DNA of 64,000 nt from Candidatus Magasanikbacteria bacterium RIFOXYB2_FULL_38_10 (GTDB taxonomy: Bacteria; Patescibacteriota; Patescibacteriia; Magasanikbacterales; UBA10003): assembly GCA_001783145.1 (NCBI GenBank), contig MFQT01000016.1, forward strand, positions 3,796-67,795, written 5' to 3'. Positions within the stretch are counted from its first letter, which is position 1; each line of letters opens with the position of its first letter. Below are positions 30,880 through 40,278 of the stretch, in pieces. A program made the position numbers and the translations under genes. The notes beneath the pieces are model-generated. The model saw only the letters and a list, made by a program, of their open reading frames with translations, had not been told where the DNA came from and ran no database searches.

Positions 30880-30945
30880 TTTTTTATTTTGGTTTCCTGA
30901 AGACCGACCAAGGATGACGCGGTGCGAAGTTGATTTTTTTTTAAA

Positions 30946-32310
30946 ATGAAAAACAAACAATTAAAAATAACAATTAAACAAAAAGATAACAGCTTTATAG
31001 TAAAAGCAAAAGATTTTTTTACTGCTAAAATTACTTATCCTAAAAATTTTTTTGACAACCAAGATGTAATTTCCCGTCAAAATTTAATAGCTAACTTTGC
31101 TTTTAATCGAACACGCCAGTTAGGTTTATATTTCCCTAAAATTAGCTATAATTACCCCAAACCAATTATCAAAAATTTTGTGGAGCAAGGAGTAAGACAA
31201 GACTTGCCTTATATAAATTACGATAAAAAAATAAAAGTTTCGGAACAAATCAAAACTTTTAACCAAACGGAAATAAAATTTACCAAAAAAAATGATTTTA
31301 ATCGTGTCGTACCCATTAAATCGCCGCTTAAAGATAACATTATTTTATCCATGTCTTTTGGCAAAGACTCTTTACTTTCTTATGCCTTATGCAAAGAAAT
31401 TGGCTTGGACCCCAAATTAGTTTTTATTAATGACATGGCCACTTGGAATCCCCAAGAAGCCGTGCTTAAGCACCAAATAATGAAAAATTTCGGTGAAGAC
31501 CAAAAAAAAGAAATCTTATTTGTAGAAGACAATAGCGATGACATTTACGATAAAAAAAATTTAAAAAATATTAATGAAGATTTAGCCGCCACCAATGCCA
31601 TGTTGGCTTTTGCGTTGCAGTTGATTCCTGTAGCCTATCATTACCGCGCCAAATATATTATGTTTGGTAATGAAAAAAATCTTGATGATTATTTTATTGA
31701 CGGAGAAAATTTTAAAACCTACCTTTCCAGCGATCAATCCACCACTTACATGCGCGGACAGAATAAGTATCTCAACCTTTTAACCGAGGGCAATATCAAA
31801 GTAATAAGTATTATAAAACCGCTCTTTAATTTGGCTGAAATGCAGATAATTAACCATCGCTACCCTTATTTGTTCAAATATTTAATGTCTTGCACCTCCC
31901 AAAAAATAACTACGGAAAAAGGCTGTTGCAACTGTATTACCTGTGCCTGGACTTATCTTTATGGCCAGGCTTTGGGCTACGATCCGCGCAATTTAGGCTT
32001 AAAAGCTAACATGTTTGAAAAAAAATATCGTCGACATTTTGTACTCTTTAATAAAAAAATGGATGTGGTCTCAGAAGTTGTACCCAACGCTCACGATGAA
32101 CAATTACTGGCTTTTTTAATGGCCATGCGCCGGGGCGGCAAGGGATATTTAATCAATGAATTTAAAAAACACTTCTTAAGCGAAGCCTTAAGAAAAGAAA
32201 AAAAACTACGCCATAAATTTTTTGGCATTCATTCCGCGGAAATGATTCCAGAGGAATACAGGGAAAAGATACTTAATATCTATAAACAAGAGTTGCATCA
32301 TCTGCGCTAA
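30946..32310 (+). CDS. PP-loop ATP pyrophosphatase superfamily protein (PAPS-reductase/TtcA/DndC-like) with CxxC cluster
   Basis: ILSMSFGKDSLLSYAL resembles the SFSGGKDS PP-loop of the PAPS-reductase family. A later GCCNCITCAW Cys cluster is present. The N-terminal domain of about 130 aa is unrecognised. Confidence 0.5.
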   Translation: MKNKQLKITIKQKDNSFIVKAKDFFTAKITYPKNFFDNQDVISRQNLIANFAFNRTRQLGLYFPKISYNYPKPIIKNFVEQGVRQDLPYINYDKKIKVSEQIKTFNQTEIKFTKKNDFNRVVPIKSPLKDNIILSMSFGKDSLLSYALCKEIGLDPKLVFINDMATWNPQEAVLKHQIMKNFGEDQKKEILFVEDNSDDIYDKKNLKNINEDLAATNAMLAFALQLIPVAYHYRAKYIMFGNEKNLDDYFIDGENFKTYLSSDQSTTYMRGQNKYLNLLTEGNIKVISIIKPLFNLAEMQIINHRYPYLFKYLMSCTSQKITTEKGCCNCITCAWTYLYGQALGYDPRNLGLKANMFEKKYRRHFVLFNKKMDVVSEVVPNAHDEQLLAFLMAMRRGGKGYLINEFKKHFLSEALRKEKKLRHKFFGIHSAEMIPEEYREKILNIYKQELHHLR

Positions 32311-32315
32311 ATTAT

Positions 32316-33308
32316 ATGAAAATTGCCATTACATCCAATTTAAGAACCCGGGAAACCGAGGATCAGGCGGAATTTGATTCTTTGGAAACAATTGATTTTA
32401 TGTCCCGGAATTTAAAAGACCTGGGCCACGAAGTTAAATTCATAGAATTGACCCGTCCGCTGACTGAAGTAATTAAGGATTTGCAAAATTATCAGCCGGA
32501 TTTAATTTTTAACACCAGTGAAGGCACCAAAGGGAAATATCGCGAATCTTTTTGGCCGGGTATCTTTGAAGAATTAGGACTTATTTACACCGGCTCAGAT
32601 CCCTTTACACTAGCTTTAAGTTTAGATAAAAATCTAACCAAAGAAATAGTAGCTAAGCAGGGCGTACCAACACCCCGGGCAGAAATGGTTTACCCTGGTC
32701 TTTTACCCAGCTTAAATCATTTACATTTTCCCATCATCGCCAAGCCAAATTACGAAGGATCTTCTAAAGGAATCACCCAAGACAGCGTTATAGAAAATTT
32801 AGAAACATTGCAAAAACGTTTACCGGAGATGTTACAAAAATATCCGGATGGAATTTTAATTGAAGAATATATTTTTGGCAAAGATATCACCATTCCTTTC
32901 CTAGAAAACCTTGAGGATCCCATATTAGATGTGGTAGAATATGTTATAGATCCGGAATTTTCCAAAAAGATACGCTATCAAATCTATGATTACGAAATGA
33001 AAAATAATTTTTATGATAGTGTAAATATACAAATCGCTAATTTAGATGAAAAATTGCAACAACAAATTAAAGAAATATCCCAAAAAATAATTAAAGGAAT
33101 AAACTGCCGCGATTTAGGTAGAATGGATTTTCGCTTAACACCGGATGGAAAAATTTATTTCTTAGAAATCAACTGTCTGCCTTATTTAGATGAAGGAGTA
33201 AGTTTGTACCTCGCGGCGGAAAAACGAGGACTTAGCACTAAAGAAGTATTTAATCACATTATCCAAAGCGCAATTAAGCGCAAAACTCAAACCTTTTCCA
33301 GGGTTTAA
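32316..33308 (+). CDS. ATP-grasp ligase, D-Ala-D-Ala-ligase-like family (paralog 1)
   Basis: Ddl-like layout. The N-domain has an SEG...LGLIYTGSDP block in place of HG..GEDG..LGIPYVGS. The central KEIVAKQGVPTP and PIIAKPNYEGSSKGIT (ATP-grasp K/S motif) and C-terminal INCLPYL (metal-binding E/N) follow. Confidence 0.65.
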   Translation: MKIAITSNLRTRETEDQAEFDSLETIDFMSRNLKDLGHEVKFIELTRPLTEVIKDLQNYQPDLIFNTSEGTKGKYRESFWPGIFEELGLIYTGSDPFTLALSLDKNLTKEIVAKQGVPTPRAEMVYPGLLPSLNHLHFPIIAKPNYEGSSKGITQDSVIENLETLQKRLPEMLQKYPDGILIEEYIFGKDITIPFLENLEDPILDVVEYVIDPEFSKKIRYQIYDYEMKNNFYDSVNIQIANLDEKLQQQIKEISQKIIKGINCRDLGRMDFRLTPDGKIYFLEINCLPYLDEGVSLYLAAEKRGLSTKEVFNHIIQSAIKRKTQTFSRV

Positions 33309-33314
33309 ACTAAA

Positions 33315-34436
33315 ATGGAAACAAAAAAATTAAACTTGGCATTTGTCTACAATGTTCGCCATAAAAAACCTTGCCTTGCCGACGAACAAGCCGTAGCCGA
33401 GGCTGAATTTGACGAGCCGGTGACTATTAACGGGATTGCCCATTCTTTAAGAAAATTAGGCCATGAAGTATACCGAATTGAAGCTAATGAAGAGGCTTAT
33501 CTTAAATTAAAAAACCTAAAAAACAAGTTGGATTTGGTTTTTAATGTTGCCGAGGGCTTGCAGAACCATGACAGAGAAGCTCAAATTCCCGCCATGCTTG
33601 AGAATTTGAATATTCCCTATGTTGGTTCCAAGCCCTTAACGCAAGCACTGTGTTTAAACAAGGCTTACACCAAAAAAGTTTTAGCCTATCATCAAATAAC
33701 CACCCCCCGCTTCCAAATGTTTTACAATCCTAATGAGAAACTTTCTCGCAAAATGCGTTTTCCTTTAATTGTTAAGCCTGTTTCCGAAGGTTCTTCCAAA
33801 GGCATTACCAATGATTGTTTAGTGAACAATCAAATGGAATTATATAAAAAAATTGGCGAACTTATAGAAAAATTTAATCAACCGGCTTTGGTGGAAGAAT
33901 TTTTAAACGGACGAGAATTTACTGTTTCCTTGATTGGCAATGATCCGGTGGAAGTTTTACCACCTGTAGAAATTTTATTTGATCATTTGCCCAATAATTT
34001 GGCGCCTATGGATTCTTACGAAGTAAAATGGATAATTGATAATCCGGAAAGCCAAATCCAAACCATTTCCTGTCCGGCCCAACTTGATTATAAAAAGTTC
34101 CTACAAATTAAAAAACTTTGTTTAAGAACGAAGCAAGCTTTGGATATTTTAGATTGGTGCCGCATTGACGTGCGCATGGACAGCGAGGGTTGCCCGCATG
34201 TTTTAGAAATTAATCAAATTCCCGGCATTATTCCCGATCCTAAAGAGAACTCCCGCTTCCCCCTAGCCGCCAGAACGGCTGGCTATACTTACGAGGAGAT
34301 GATCCACAAGATCATTAAAGCGGCTTGTGACAGACACAACATTCCTCTTTCTCCGGCTTTAGAACCCGCACCGGAAAAAGCCACCAATTGGCTGGTAAAA
34401 ACCTTCTCTGGACAAAAAGCCTTTAAGCCGATATAA
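33315..34436 (+). CDS. ATP-grasp ligase, D-Ala-D-Ala-ligase-like family (paralog 2)
   Basis: Same architecture as the upstream paralog (AEGLQNHDREAQIPAMLENLNIPYVGSKP; LIVKPVSEGSSKGIT; LEINQIPGI). Confidence 0.65.
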   Translation: METKKLNLAFVYNVRHKKPCLADEQAVAEAEFDEPVTINGIAHSLRKLGHEVYRIEANEEAYLKLKNLKNKLDLVFNVAEGLQNHDREAQIPAMLENLNIPYVGSKPLTQALCLNKAYTKKVLAYHQITTPRFQMFYNPNEKLSRKMRFPLIVKPVSEGSSKGITNDCLVNNQMELYKKIGELIEKFNQPALVEEFLNGREFTVSLIGNDPVEVLPPVEILFDHLPNNLAPMDSYEVKWIIDNPESQIQTISCPAQLDYKKFLQIKKLCLRTKQALDILDWCRIDVRMDSEGCPHVLEINQIPGIIPDPKENSRFPLAARTAGYTYEEMIHKIIKAACDRHNIPLSPALEPAPEKATNWLVKTFSGQKAFKPI

Positions 34437-34449
34437 TAGCGCTACCCAC

Positions 34450-34524
34450 GGTGACTATGGTGTAGCGGTAGCACAGCAGTTTGTGGCACTGCTAGTGAGG
34501 GTCCAACTCCCTCTAGTCACCCCA
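34450..34524 (+). tRNA. tRNA-His (anticodon GTG) with G(-1) and encoded CCA
   Basis: G-1 at 34450. Acceptor GTGACTA/TAGTCAC, D-stem GTGT/GCAC, anticodon stem GCAGT/ACTGC with loop TTGTGGC, T-arm GAGGG-TCCAACT-CCCTC, discriminator C then CCA. Confidence 0.85.
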
Positions 34525-34628
34525 CCAGAAACAACCCCCTAAAAGGGGTGTTTTTGTTTGTAAAAAGCGCTATAATATAGGTACAAGTTGAAGATGCGGA
34601 GGTTATCAAATTATTAAAATAACAAGAT

Positions 34629-35510
34629 ATGATTTTGTTTTCTTTTCCCATTTACGATTATTTAGCTAAATCCTTATTTAAAAATTCTGTTTTTAAAAAA
34701 GGAAAATTTGAAACAAGACGTTTTGCCAACGGAGAGATGCAAATTATTTTAAAAACCAAAATTAAAGGCAAAAAATGTGTAATTCTAGGCACCACCGCAC
34801 CGCCAGACACTAACATCATGTCCTTTCTTCTTTTGGCCCATACTCTTAAAAAAGAAGGAGCCACTTCAATAACCGCCCTAATCCCCTATTTAGGCTACAG
34901 CCGCCATGACAAAAATGAAGAAGATAAAAGTTTAGGTTTTGCTTGGCTAGGCAAGATGATGAAAGCCTCGGGGATTGATGAGATTGTAACGATTGACACC
35001 CACAGCGAATTAGATAAGAAACTTTTTGCTCTGCCGCTTATTTCTTTGCCTTTTGCCGATTTATTAACTTCTGATTTAAAAAAAATACAAGCGAAAAAAA
35101 TTGCTTTAGTGGCGCCGGATGGCGGAGCAGTGGACAATTGCCTGGCCATACAAAAAACTTTAAACAGTAAGTTGCCTCTTATTTTGTTTAAAAAAATAAG
35201 AACCCCCAATGGAGTTACCGTTTCGACCCCACCGGGATTGACGCCTAAAAAAGTAATAATGATTGATGATATTTTAGATACCGGAGAAACCCTTGTTAAA
35301 GCGACGGAAAAATTGCGCCAGATGGGAACTAAAGAAATTTATATAGTTGCAACCCACGGACTTTTCACTGGGCAAAAATGGCAGAAACTCTGGCAATTGG
35401 GGGTGAAAAAAATTTTTTGCACCAATACCAACCCGGATGTTTTAAAAAGAAACAATAAAAGAATCATCATTGTTTCTTGCTTAAGATCTATTCAAGGATA
35501 TTTTAAATAA
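34629..35510 (+). CDS. prs: ribose-phosphate pyrophosphokinase
   Basis: PRPP-binding motif VIMIDDILDTGETL and a flag region. N-terminus is Prs-like. Confidence 0.8.
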   Translation: MILFSFPIYDYLAKSLFKNSVFKKGKFETRRFANGEMQIILKTKIKGKKCVILGTTAPPDTNIMSFLLLAHTLKKEGATSITALIPYLGYSRHDKNEEDKSLGFAWLGKMMKASGIDEIVTIDTHSELDKKLFALPLISLPFADLLTSDLKKIQAKKIALVAPDGGAVDNCLAIQKTLNSKLPLILFKKIRTPNGVTVSTPPGLTPKKVIMIDDILDTGETLVKATEKLRQMGTKEIYIVATHGLFTGQKWQKLWQLGVKKIFCTNTNPDVLKRNNKRIIIVSCLRSIQGYFK

Positions 35511-35511
35511 C

Positions 35512-37050
35512 ATGAAAATTTGGCAAAAGCAAAATTTACTTCTGCTTCTGTTTTTTTTAATCGTGGCTGTCTATTTTAGCCTGCTTCAAGGATCGCCTCA
35601 TTTTGTCGATCCCGATTCTTTTTATCATGCCAAAATGGGGTTTTTAATGCAAAAAGATATAATCATTAAAAACTTCCCTTGGATTAAATTTGCGCCTTTT
35701 ACTCAAAATTTTACCGACCATCAATTTATTTATCATTTATTACTAATACCTTTCACTTTCTTTTTTTCACCCCTTTTAGGCACTAAAATAGCCGCCATCA
35801 TTTTGGCTGTAACGGCTTTTGCAATTTTTTATTTTTTCTTAAAAAAATGGCAAATAAAATATCCTCTTTTTTATATTCTCATTCTTTTAACATCCATTTC
35901 TTTTGTTTTTAGAATGAATTTGGCCAAAACTAGCTCCCTTTCTTTAATTATTCTTCTTTTAACGCTTAATTTTATCTGGCAACGCCGCTTTATCCCCTTA
36001 TTTTTAGCTTCTTTTGTTTATGTTTGGTGCTACGGCGGCTGGGGAATGCTTTTAGGGCTTATTTTTAGTCTAACACTGGGTGATTTAATTATTAATAAAA
36101 AAATCATTGGGAGTAACATTTTAGCAATTTTACTGGGACTGCTGGCCGGGATTATTATTAATCCTTATTTCCCCCATAATATTCAATTTTACTGGCAACA
36201 AGTGGTGCAAATAGGCCTGATTAATTATAAAGACCAAATAGCCGTAGGTATGGAATGGTATCCCCCGGATATTTTAAATTTTCTGGGCAGTGAAATTTTT
36301 ATATTCTTACTGGGGATATTGGCTCTTTTTTTATTTTTTATAAAAATTAAGACAAAAAAAAATAATAATTTAGAGGATGAGAGATCTCTCCACAAAATTT
36401 TTTCCAAAATCATTGGCTTATTTATTTTTGCCGGTCTGCTTTTTGTCCTAACTTTAAAATCCCAACGCTTTATAGAATATTTCGTACCTTTTAGTGTTTT
36501 AGCTTGCGCCTTTTTAATAAATTTTTCTTTGCCCAAAAATTTTTCCTTAAAAGAATCACTATATTTTTGGCTTACTAAAAATAAATATCTTAATAAAGCT
36601 TTTTTAGTTTATTTTTTAGCCATTATGGTTGGTTTTTTTTCTTTAAACAGCTTAAAATTAAACCAACAATTTACCTCGCGTTATAATTGGAACTATTTAA
36701 AAAATTCTTCCGCTTGGCTTAAAGAAAATACACCACCAAAAACAACTGTTTTTCACACCAGCTGGGCAGACTGGCCAATGCTCTTTTATCATAATTCACA
36801 AAATACCTATTTAAGCGGCCTAGATCCTACCTTTTTTTATTTAAAAGATAAAAATTTGTATAAAGAATGGATACAAATAGGCAATGGTCAAATACAAGAT
36901 AAATTAGATGAAAAAATTAAAAAAAATTTTAGCGCTAATTGGATTTTAATCAAGAACAATGAGATAAAGCTGTTAAAAGCAATCAAATCAAATGACAAAT
37001 TTTCTTTAGTTTACCGGGATGATGAAGCTCAAATTTTTTTTCTACGTTAA
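35512..37050 (+). CDS. large polytopic membrane protein, GT-C-type (PMT/ArnT-like) glycosyltransferase candidate
   Basis: About 12 TM segments with an acidic first-loop motif (HFVDPDSFYHAKMG) resembling the DxD/DE loop of GT39/GT83 enzymes, plus a C-terminal soluble domain. Confidence 0.4.
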   Translation: MKIWQKQNLLLLLFFLIVAVYFSLLQGSPHFVDPDSFYHAKMGFLMQKDIIIKNFPWIKFAPFTQNFTDHQFIYHLLLIPFTFFFSPLLGTKIAAIILAVTAFAIFYFFLKKWQIKYPLFYILILLTSISFVFRMNLAKTSSLSLIILLLTLNFIWQRRFIPLFLASFVYVWCYGGWGMLLGLIFSLTLGDLIINKKIIGSNILAILLGLLAGIIINPYFPHNIQFYWQQVVQIGLINYKDQIAVGMEWYPPDILNFLGSEIFIFLLGILALFLFFIKIKTKKNNNLEDERSLHKIFSKIIGLFIFAGLLFVLTLKSQRFIEYFVPFSVLACAFLINFSLPKNFSLKESLYFWLTKNKYLNKAFLVYFLAIMVGFFSLNSLKLNQQFTSRYNWNYLKNSSAWLKENTPPKTTVFHTSWADWPMLFYHNSQNTYLSGLDPTFFYLKDKNLYKEWIQIGNGQIQDKLDEKIKKNFSANWILIKNNEIKLLKAIKSNDKFSLVYRDDEAQIFFLR

Positions 37051-37077
37051 AATAAAAATGGTATAAAATTAAAAATT

Positions 37078-38667
37078 ATGAAACGTCAAGAATGGATTTT
37101 TATCTCTATTATTTCCGGACTACTAATTATTATCACCGCCGTCCCCTATCTTTACGGTTGGCTGATGACCCCTCCCAATTATTCTTTTTTGGGCAACGGA
37201 TTCTTTAACTCCCACGACAATCATGTTTATTATGCTTATATAGAACAGGTCAAGGCTGGTCATTTTTTATTAAAAGACGTCTTCACATCGGAAACACAAA
37301 AACCATTTTTAAATATATTCTGGTTACTGGCCGGATTGCTGGCCAGCTTTTTTCATTTAGGACCAATTTTTACTCTTCATTTTTTAAGAATAATTTTAAT
37401 TCCGCTTTTTGTTATAATAGCTTACAAATTTGCCTTGTTAGCTTATGAAAATGATGCCAAAAAAGAATTAAAAATAAGGTTAGCAATTTTGTTTTTATTT
37501 TTTACCGCCGGATTTGGCGGTTTAATTTGTTTATTTAACAAAAATTTTTCCTCACCTTTGGAAGTTTGGTGGCCGGAAGCCTATGCTTTTTTAAGCAGTT
37601 ATTTTTCACCTCATTTTATAGCTTCCTGGACCTTATTATTACTCTCTTTTTATTTCTTAATTAAAGGGTTGAAAGAAAACAGTTATAAAAAAATTTGTTA
37701 TGCGGGTCTCTTTGGGCTTTTTTTAATTCAATTTCACACTTTTTATTTAGCTTTAATCGCCCCCGTAAGTTTAATTTTTCTTATTTACTCTAAAAATTTA
37801 ATCAAGGATGCGGTTAAAAAAATAATTTTGTATAATTTATTTTTTGTTCCGGCCGTAGCCTATTATTTTTTTATGATTGCCAGTGATGAAGTGATGGGGC
37901 AAAGATTATTTAATAATTTAATGCTCACTCCTAATTCACCGACTAAAATTATTTTAGCCTTTGGCTTAATCATCCCCTTAGCCATAATAGCTTTTTTAAA
38001 TTTGCTTAAAGAAAAAAATAATTTAGCAAAAATTTTCTTAAATATTTGGTTTATCAGTGTGCCATTTTTAATACTCTCTAAATTACCTTTCGAAAGAAGA
38101 TTGATTGAAGGGTGGCAATTTCCAGCTATAATCTTAGCCGTGGATTCAATTTTTCTCATTAAAAATAAATTTGCGCCCTTTAAAAAAATATCTGCTTTAA
38201 TTTTTAACAGACTAACTTTTTTCTTAATATTTATTTTTCCACTTATTTTTATTTATTTTATTTTATTTAATGTCTATTATAATCCCGGGGAAAGGCAATT
38301 TTATCTACCTAATGAAGTAAAAGATTCGCTGGTCTGGTTAAAAAATAAGGGAACTTACGATGATATTGTTTTATCTTCCACTTACACCGGACTGGCGGCC
38401 GCTTTTATGGCGGATAAAACTGTTTTTATTGGGCATGGTTTTGAGACTCTTGATTCAAGAAAAAAAATGAAACAGATGGCATGGTTTTTTCAAACCAACA
38501 CAGAAGACGATTTAAAAAAAGAAATGCTCAAAAATTGGAATATTAAGTACTTAATTTTTGGTCCTTATGAAAAGGCGCTCAATTCAATCTATGAACCGGA
38601 TCAAAAAAAATATTTAACAAAAATTTACAGCCAAAAAGGAGTAGAAATTTACCAAACTGCCAATTGA
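37078..38667 (+). CDS. second large polytopic membrane protein, GT-C-like
   Basis: Architecture matches the upstream gene (multi-TM core plus C-terminal globular domain), so likely a paralogous glycosyltransferase. Confidence 0.4.
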   Translation: MKRQEWIFISIISGLLIIITAVPYLYGWLMTPPNYSFLGNGFFNSHDNHVYYAYIEQVKAGHFLLKDVFTSETQKPFLNIFWLLAGLLASFFHLGPIFTLHFLRIILIPLFVIIAYKFALLAYENDAKKELKIRLAILFLFFTAGFGGLICLFNKNFSSPLEVWWPEAYAFLSSYFSPHFIASWTLLLLSFYFLIKGLKENSYKKICYAGLFGLFLIQFHTFYLALIAPVSLIFLIYSKNLIKDAVKKIILYNLFFVPAVAYYFFMIASDEVMGQRLFNNLMLTPNSPTKIILAFGLIIPLAIIAFLNLLKEKNNLAKIFLNIWFISVPFLILSKLPFERRLIEGWQFPAIILAVDSIFLIKNKFAPFKKISALIFNRLTFFLIFIFPLIFIYFILFNVYYNPGERQFYLPNEVKDSLVWLKNKGTYDDIVLSSTYTGLAAAFMADKTVFIGHGFETLDSRKKMKQMAWFFQTNTEDDLKKEMLKNWNIKYLIFGPYEKALNSIYEPDQKKYLTKIYSQKGVEIYQTAN

Positions 38668-38674
38668 TTTAATT

Positions 38675-39382
38675 ATGTCTTTAATCAACATTACAATTCC
38701 TGTTTTTAACGAAGAAATTATTTTAGAATCCAGTCTTAAAAAATTATCTGACTTTTGCGCTAAAAGTTTAAAAGACGACTGGTTTATGGTGGTGGTTAAT
38801 AACAATTCAACGGATGCCACAGCTTTAATTTGTAAAAGAATATCTCAAAACAATACCCGCATTAAATGCCTTAATCTGCCTCAAAAAGGCAAGGGCTTGG
38901 CCATTCAGGAAGGTTGGCAAAGTTTTTCCGCTGACTATTACATTTTTATGGATGCTGATTTAGCCACAGATTTGGAGGCCTTGCCAAAAATGATAGAGGA
39001 ATTAAAAAAAGGAGCCCCTGCAATAATTGGTTCACGCCGCTTGCCCCTTTCCCAAGTAGAAAGATCCGTATTACGCGATCTTGTTTCTTTAACTTATTTA
39101 AAAATAGCTAATTTAATGCTTAACCTTAAGTTAAGCGATTTAGCCTGCGGTTTTAAGGGAGTAAACAACGAAATTAAAGAAAAAATACTGCCCAAGATAA
39201 AAGACAGGGCTTGGTTTTGGGACACAGAAATGCTTTTTTGGGCCAAACGAGCGGGATTTAAAATAAAAGAAATCCCGGTCATTTGGACCGAGACTCCTGA
39301 TCAAAAAAGAAAAAGCAAAGTGGGAATTTTAAAGGTGGGTTTTAAAAATTTTCTGTCACTGTTTAAAATCCGCTATTTATAA
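38675..39382 (+). CDS. GT2 polyprenol-phosphate glycosyltransferase (Dpm1/GtrB-like)
   Basis: ITIPVFNEE...VVVNNNSTDAT...FMDADL is the classic GT-A fold DxD of dolichol/polyprenol-phosphate mannosyl/glucosyltransferases. Confidence 0.75.
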   Translation: MSLINITIPVFNEEIILESSLKKLSDFCAKSLKDDWFMVVVNNNSTDATALICKRISQNNTRIKCLNLPQKGKGLAIQEGWQSFSADYYIFMDADLATDLEALPKMIEELKKGAPAIIGSRRLPLSQVERSVLRDLVSLTYLKIANLMLNLKLSDLACGFKGVNNEIKEKILPKIKDRAWFWDTEMLFWAKRAGFKIKEIPVIWTETPDQKRKSKVGILKVGFKNFLSLFKIRYL

Positions 39383-39843
39383 AATGATTGGGTTTCCGCA
39401 GGAAGAATATCAGACGCTGCTGTTTCCGGAGCATAGGTTGTACTGCGTAAAAGAAAAAGAGTAATTAATAAAACAATACCATAAGCGGCGAGGACAATAA
39501 CAAGTCCGATGACGCCGTTTTTTAAATATTTCTGAGCCTCTTCTACTTTTTTAGACTCTCCGGCAGAGGTCATCCATAAAAAACCGGCGTAAACAATCAA
39601 GCCCAAGAAAATTATACCCACGATTCCCAAAAAAACTTTAATCAGATTAGCGACTGTTTGTCGCGGGTCTTGGGTGCTCAAACCAGCCACATTGGTTGCC
39701 GCGCTAAATTGTTGATTAATAATATTGATTACTTTATCGCTCCCTCCTGATTCGTCGGCTGAAACATTTTTTACAAAAAAAGTATTTATAAAAAAGCTTA
39801 AGGCTAAAAAAAGAGGAAAAAATAAAAAAAATATTTTTCTCAT
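39373..39843 (-). CDS. TrbC/VirB2-like pilin-family small membrane protein (array member 9)
   Basis: Signal peptide followed by a variable region, then the conserved hairpin VFLGIVGIIFLGLIVYAGFLWMTSAGESKKVEEAQKYLKNGVIGLVIVLAAYGIV. Confidence 0.6.
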   Translation of the reverse strand: MRKIFFLFFPLFLALSFFINTFFVKNVSADESGGSDKVINIINQQFSAATNVAGLSTQDPRQTVANLIKVFLGIVGIIFLGLIVYAGFLWMTSAGESKKVEEAQKYLKNGVIGLVIVLAAYGIVLLITLFLLRSTTYAPETAASDILPAETQSFYK

Positions 39844-39853
39844 AATTTTGTAA

Positions 39854-40270
39854 TTAAACGGGATTCAAATAAAAAATTGCCAAAACTCTGACCAGAACAA
39901 AACGGGTAATACCCGCAGCGGCTAAAACAATAATTAAGCCGATAATTCCATTTTTTAAATATTTTTGGGCATCCTCCACTTTCTTAGGCTCTCCACCGGC
40001 TGTCATCCATAAATATCCGGCAAAAACCACCAAACCTAAAAAAACTACACCCAAAAGACCCAGAACCGCATAAATAACAAATCCTATAATCTCAGACAAG
40101 GTCATTTCATTAGCCTGTCCATAACCACTTTCTCTTTGCACATTTTGCAATAAAGTACCAGGACCATCCACTGCAGAGCAAAAACTGCTCCAAGAAAAAA
40201 ATAGGTTGGCTACCAAACTAAAAATTAAAACCCCCCAACTAATATTTTTAAAATTAAAAAATTTAAACAT
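39854..40270 (-). CDS. TrbC/VirB2-like pilin-family protein (array member 8)
   Basis: Conserved block LGVVFLGLVVFAGYLWMTAGGEPKKVEDAQKYLKNGIIGLIIVLAAAGI. Confidence 0.6.
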   Translation of the reverse strand: MFKFFNFKNISWGVLIFSLVANLFFSWSSFCSAVDGPGTLLQNVQRESGYGQANEMTLSEIIGFVIYAVLGLLGVVFLGLVVFAGYLWMTAGGEPKKVEDAQKYLKNGIIGLIIVLAAAGITRFVLVRVLAIFYLNPV

Positions 40271-40278
40271 AAAATTAT

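Noticed and set aside
30708-30956. 82-aa minus-strand ORF upstream of the PP-loop gene.
   Set aside because: It lies in the promoter/palindrome region of a divergent intergenic spacer, has no RBS, and overlaps the start of the 30946 gene. It is likely non-coding.
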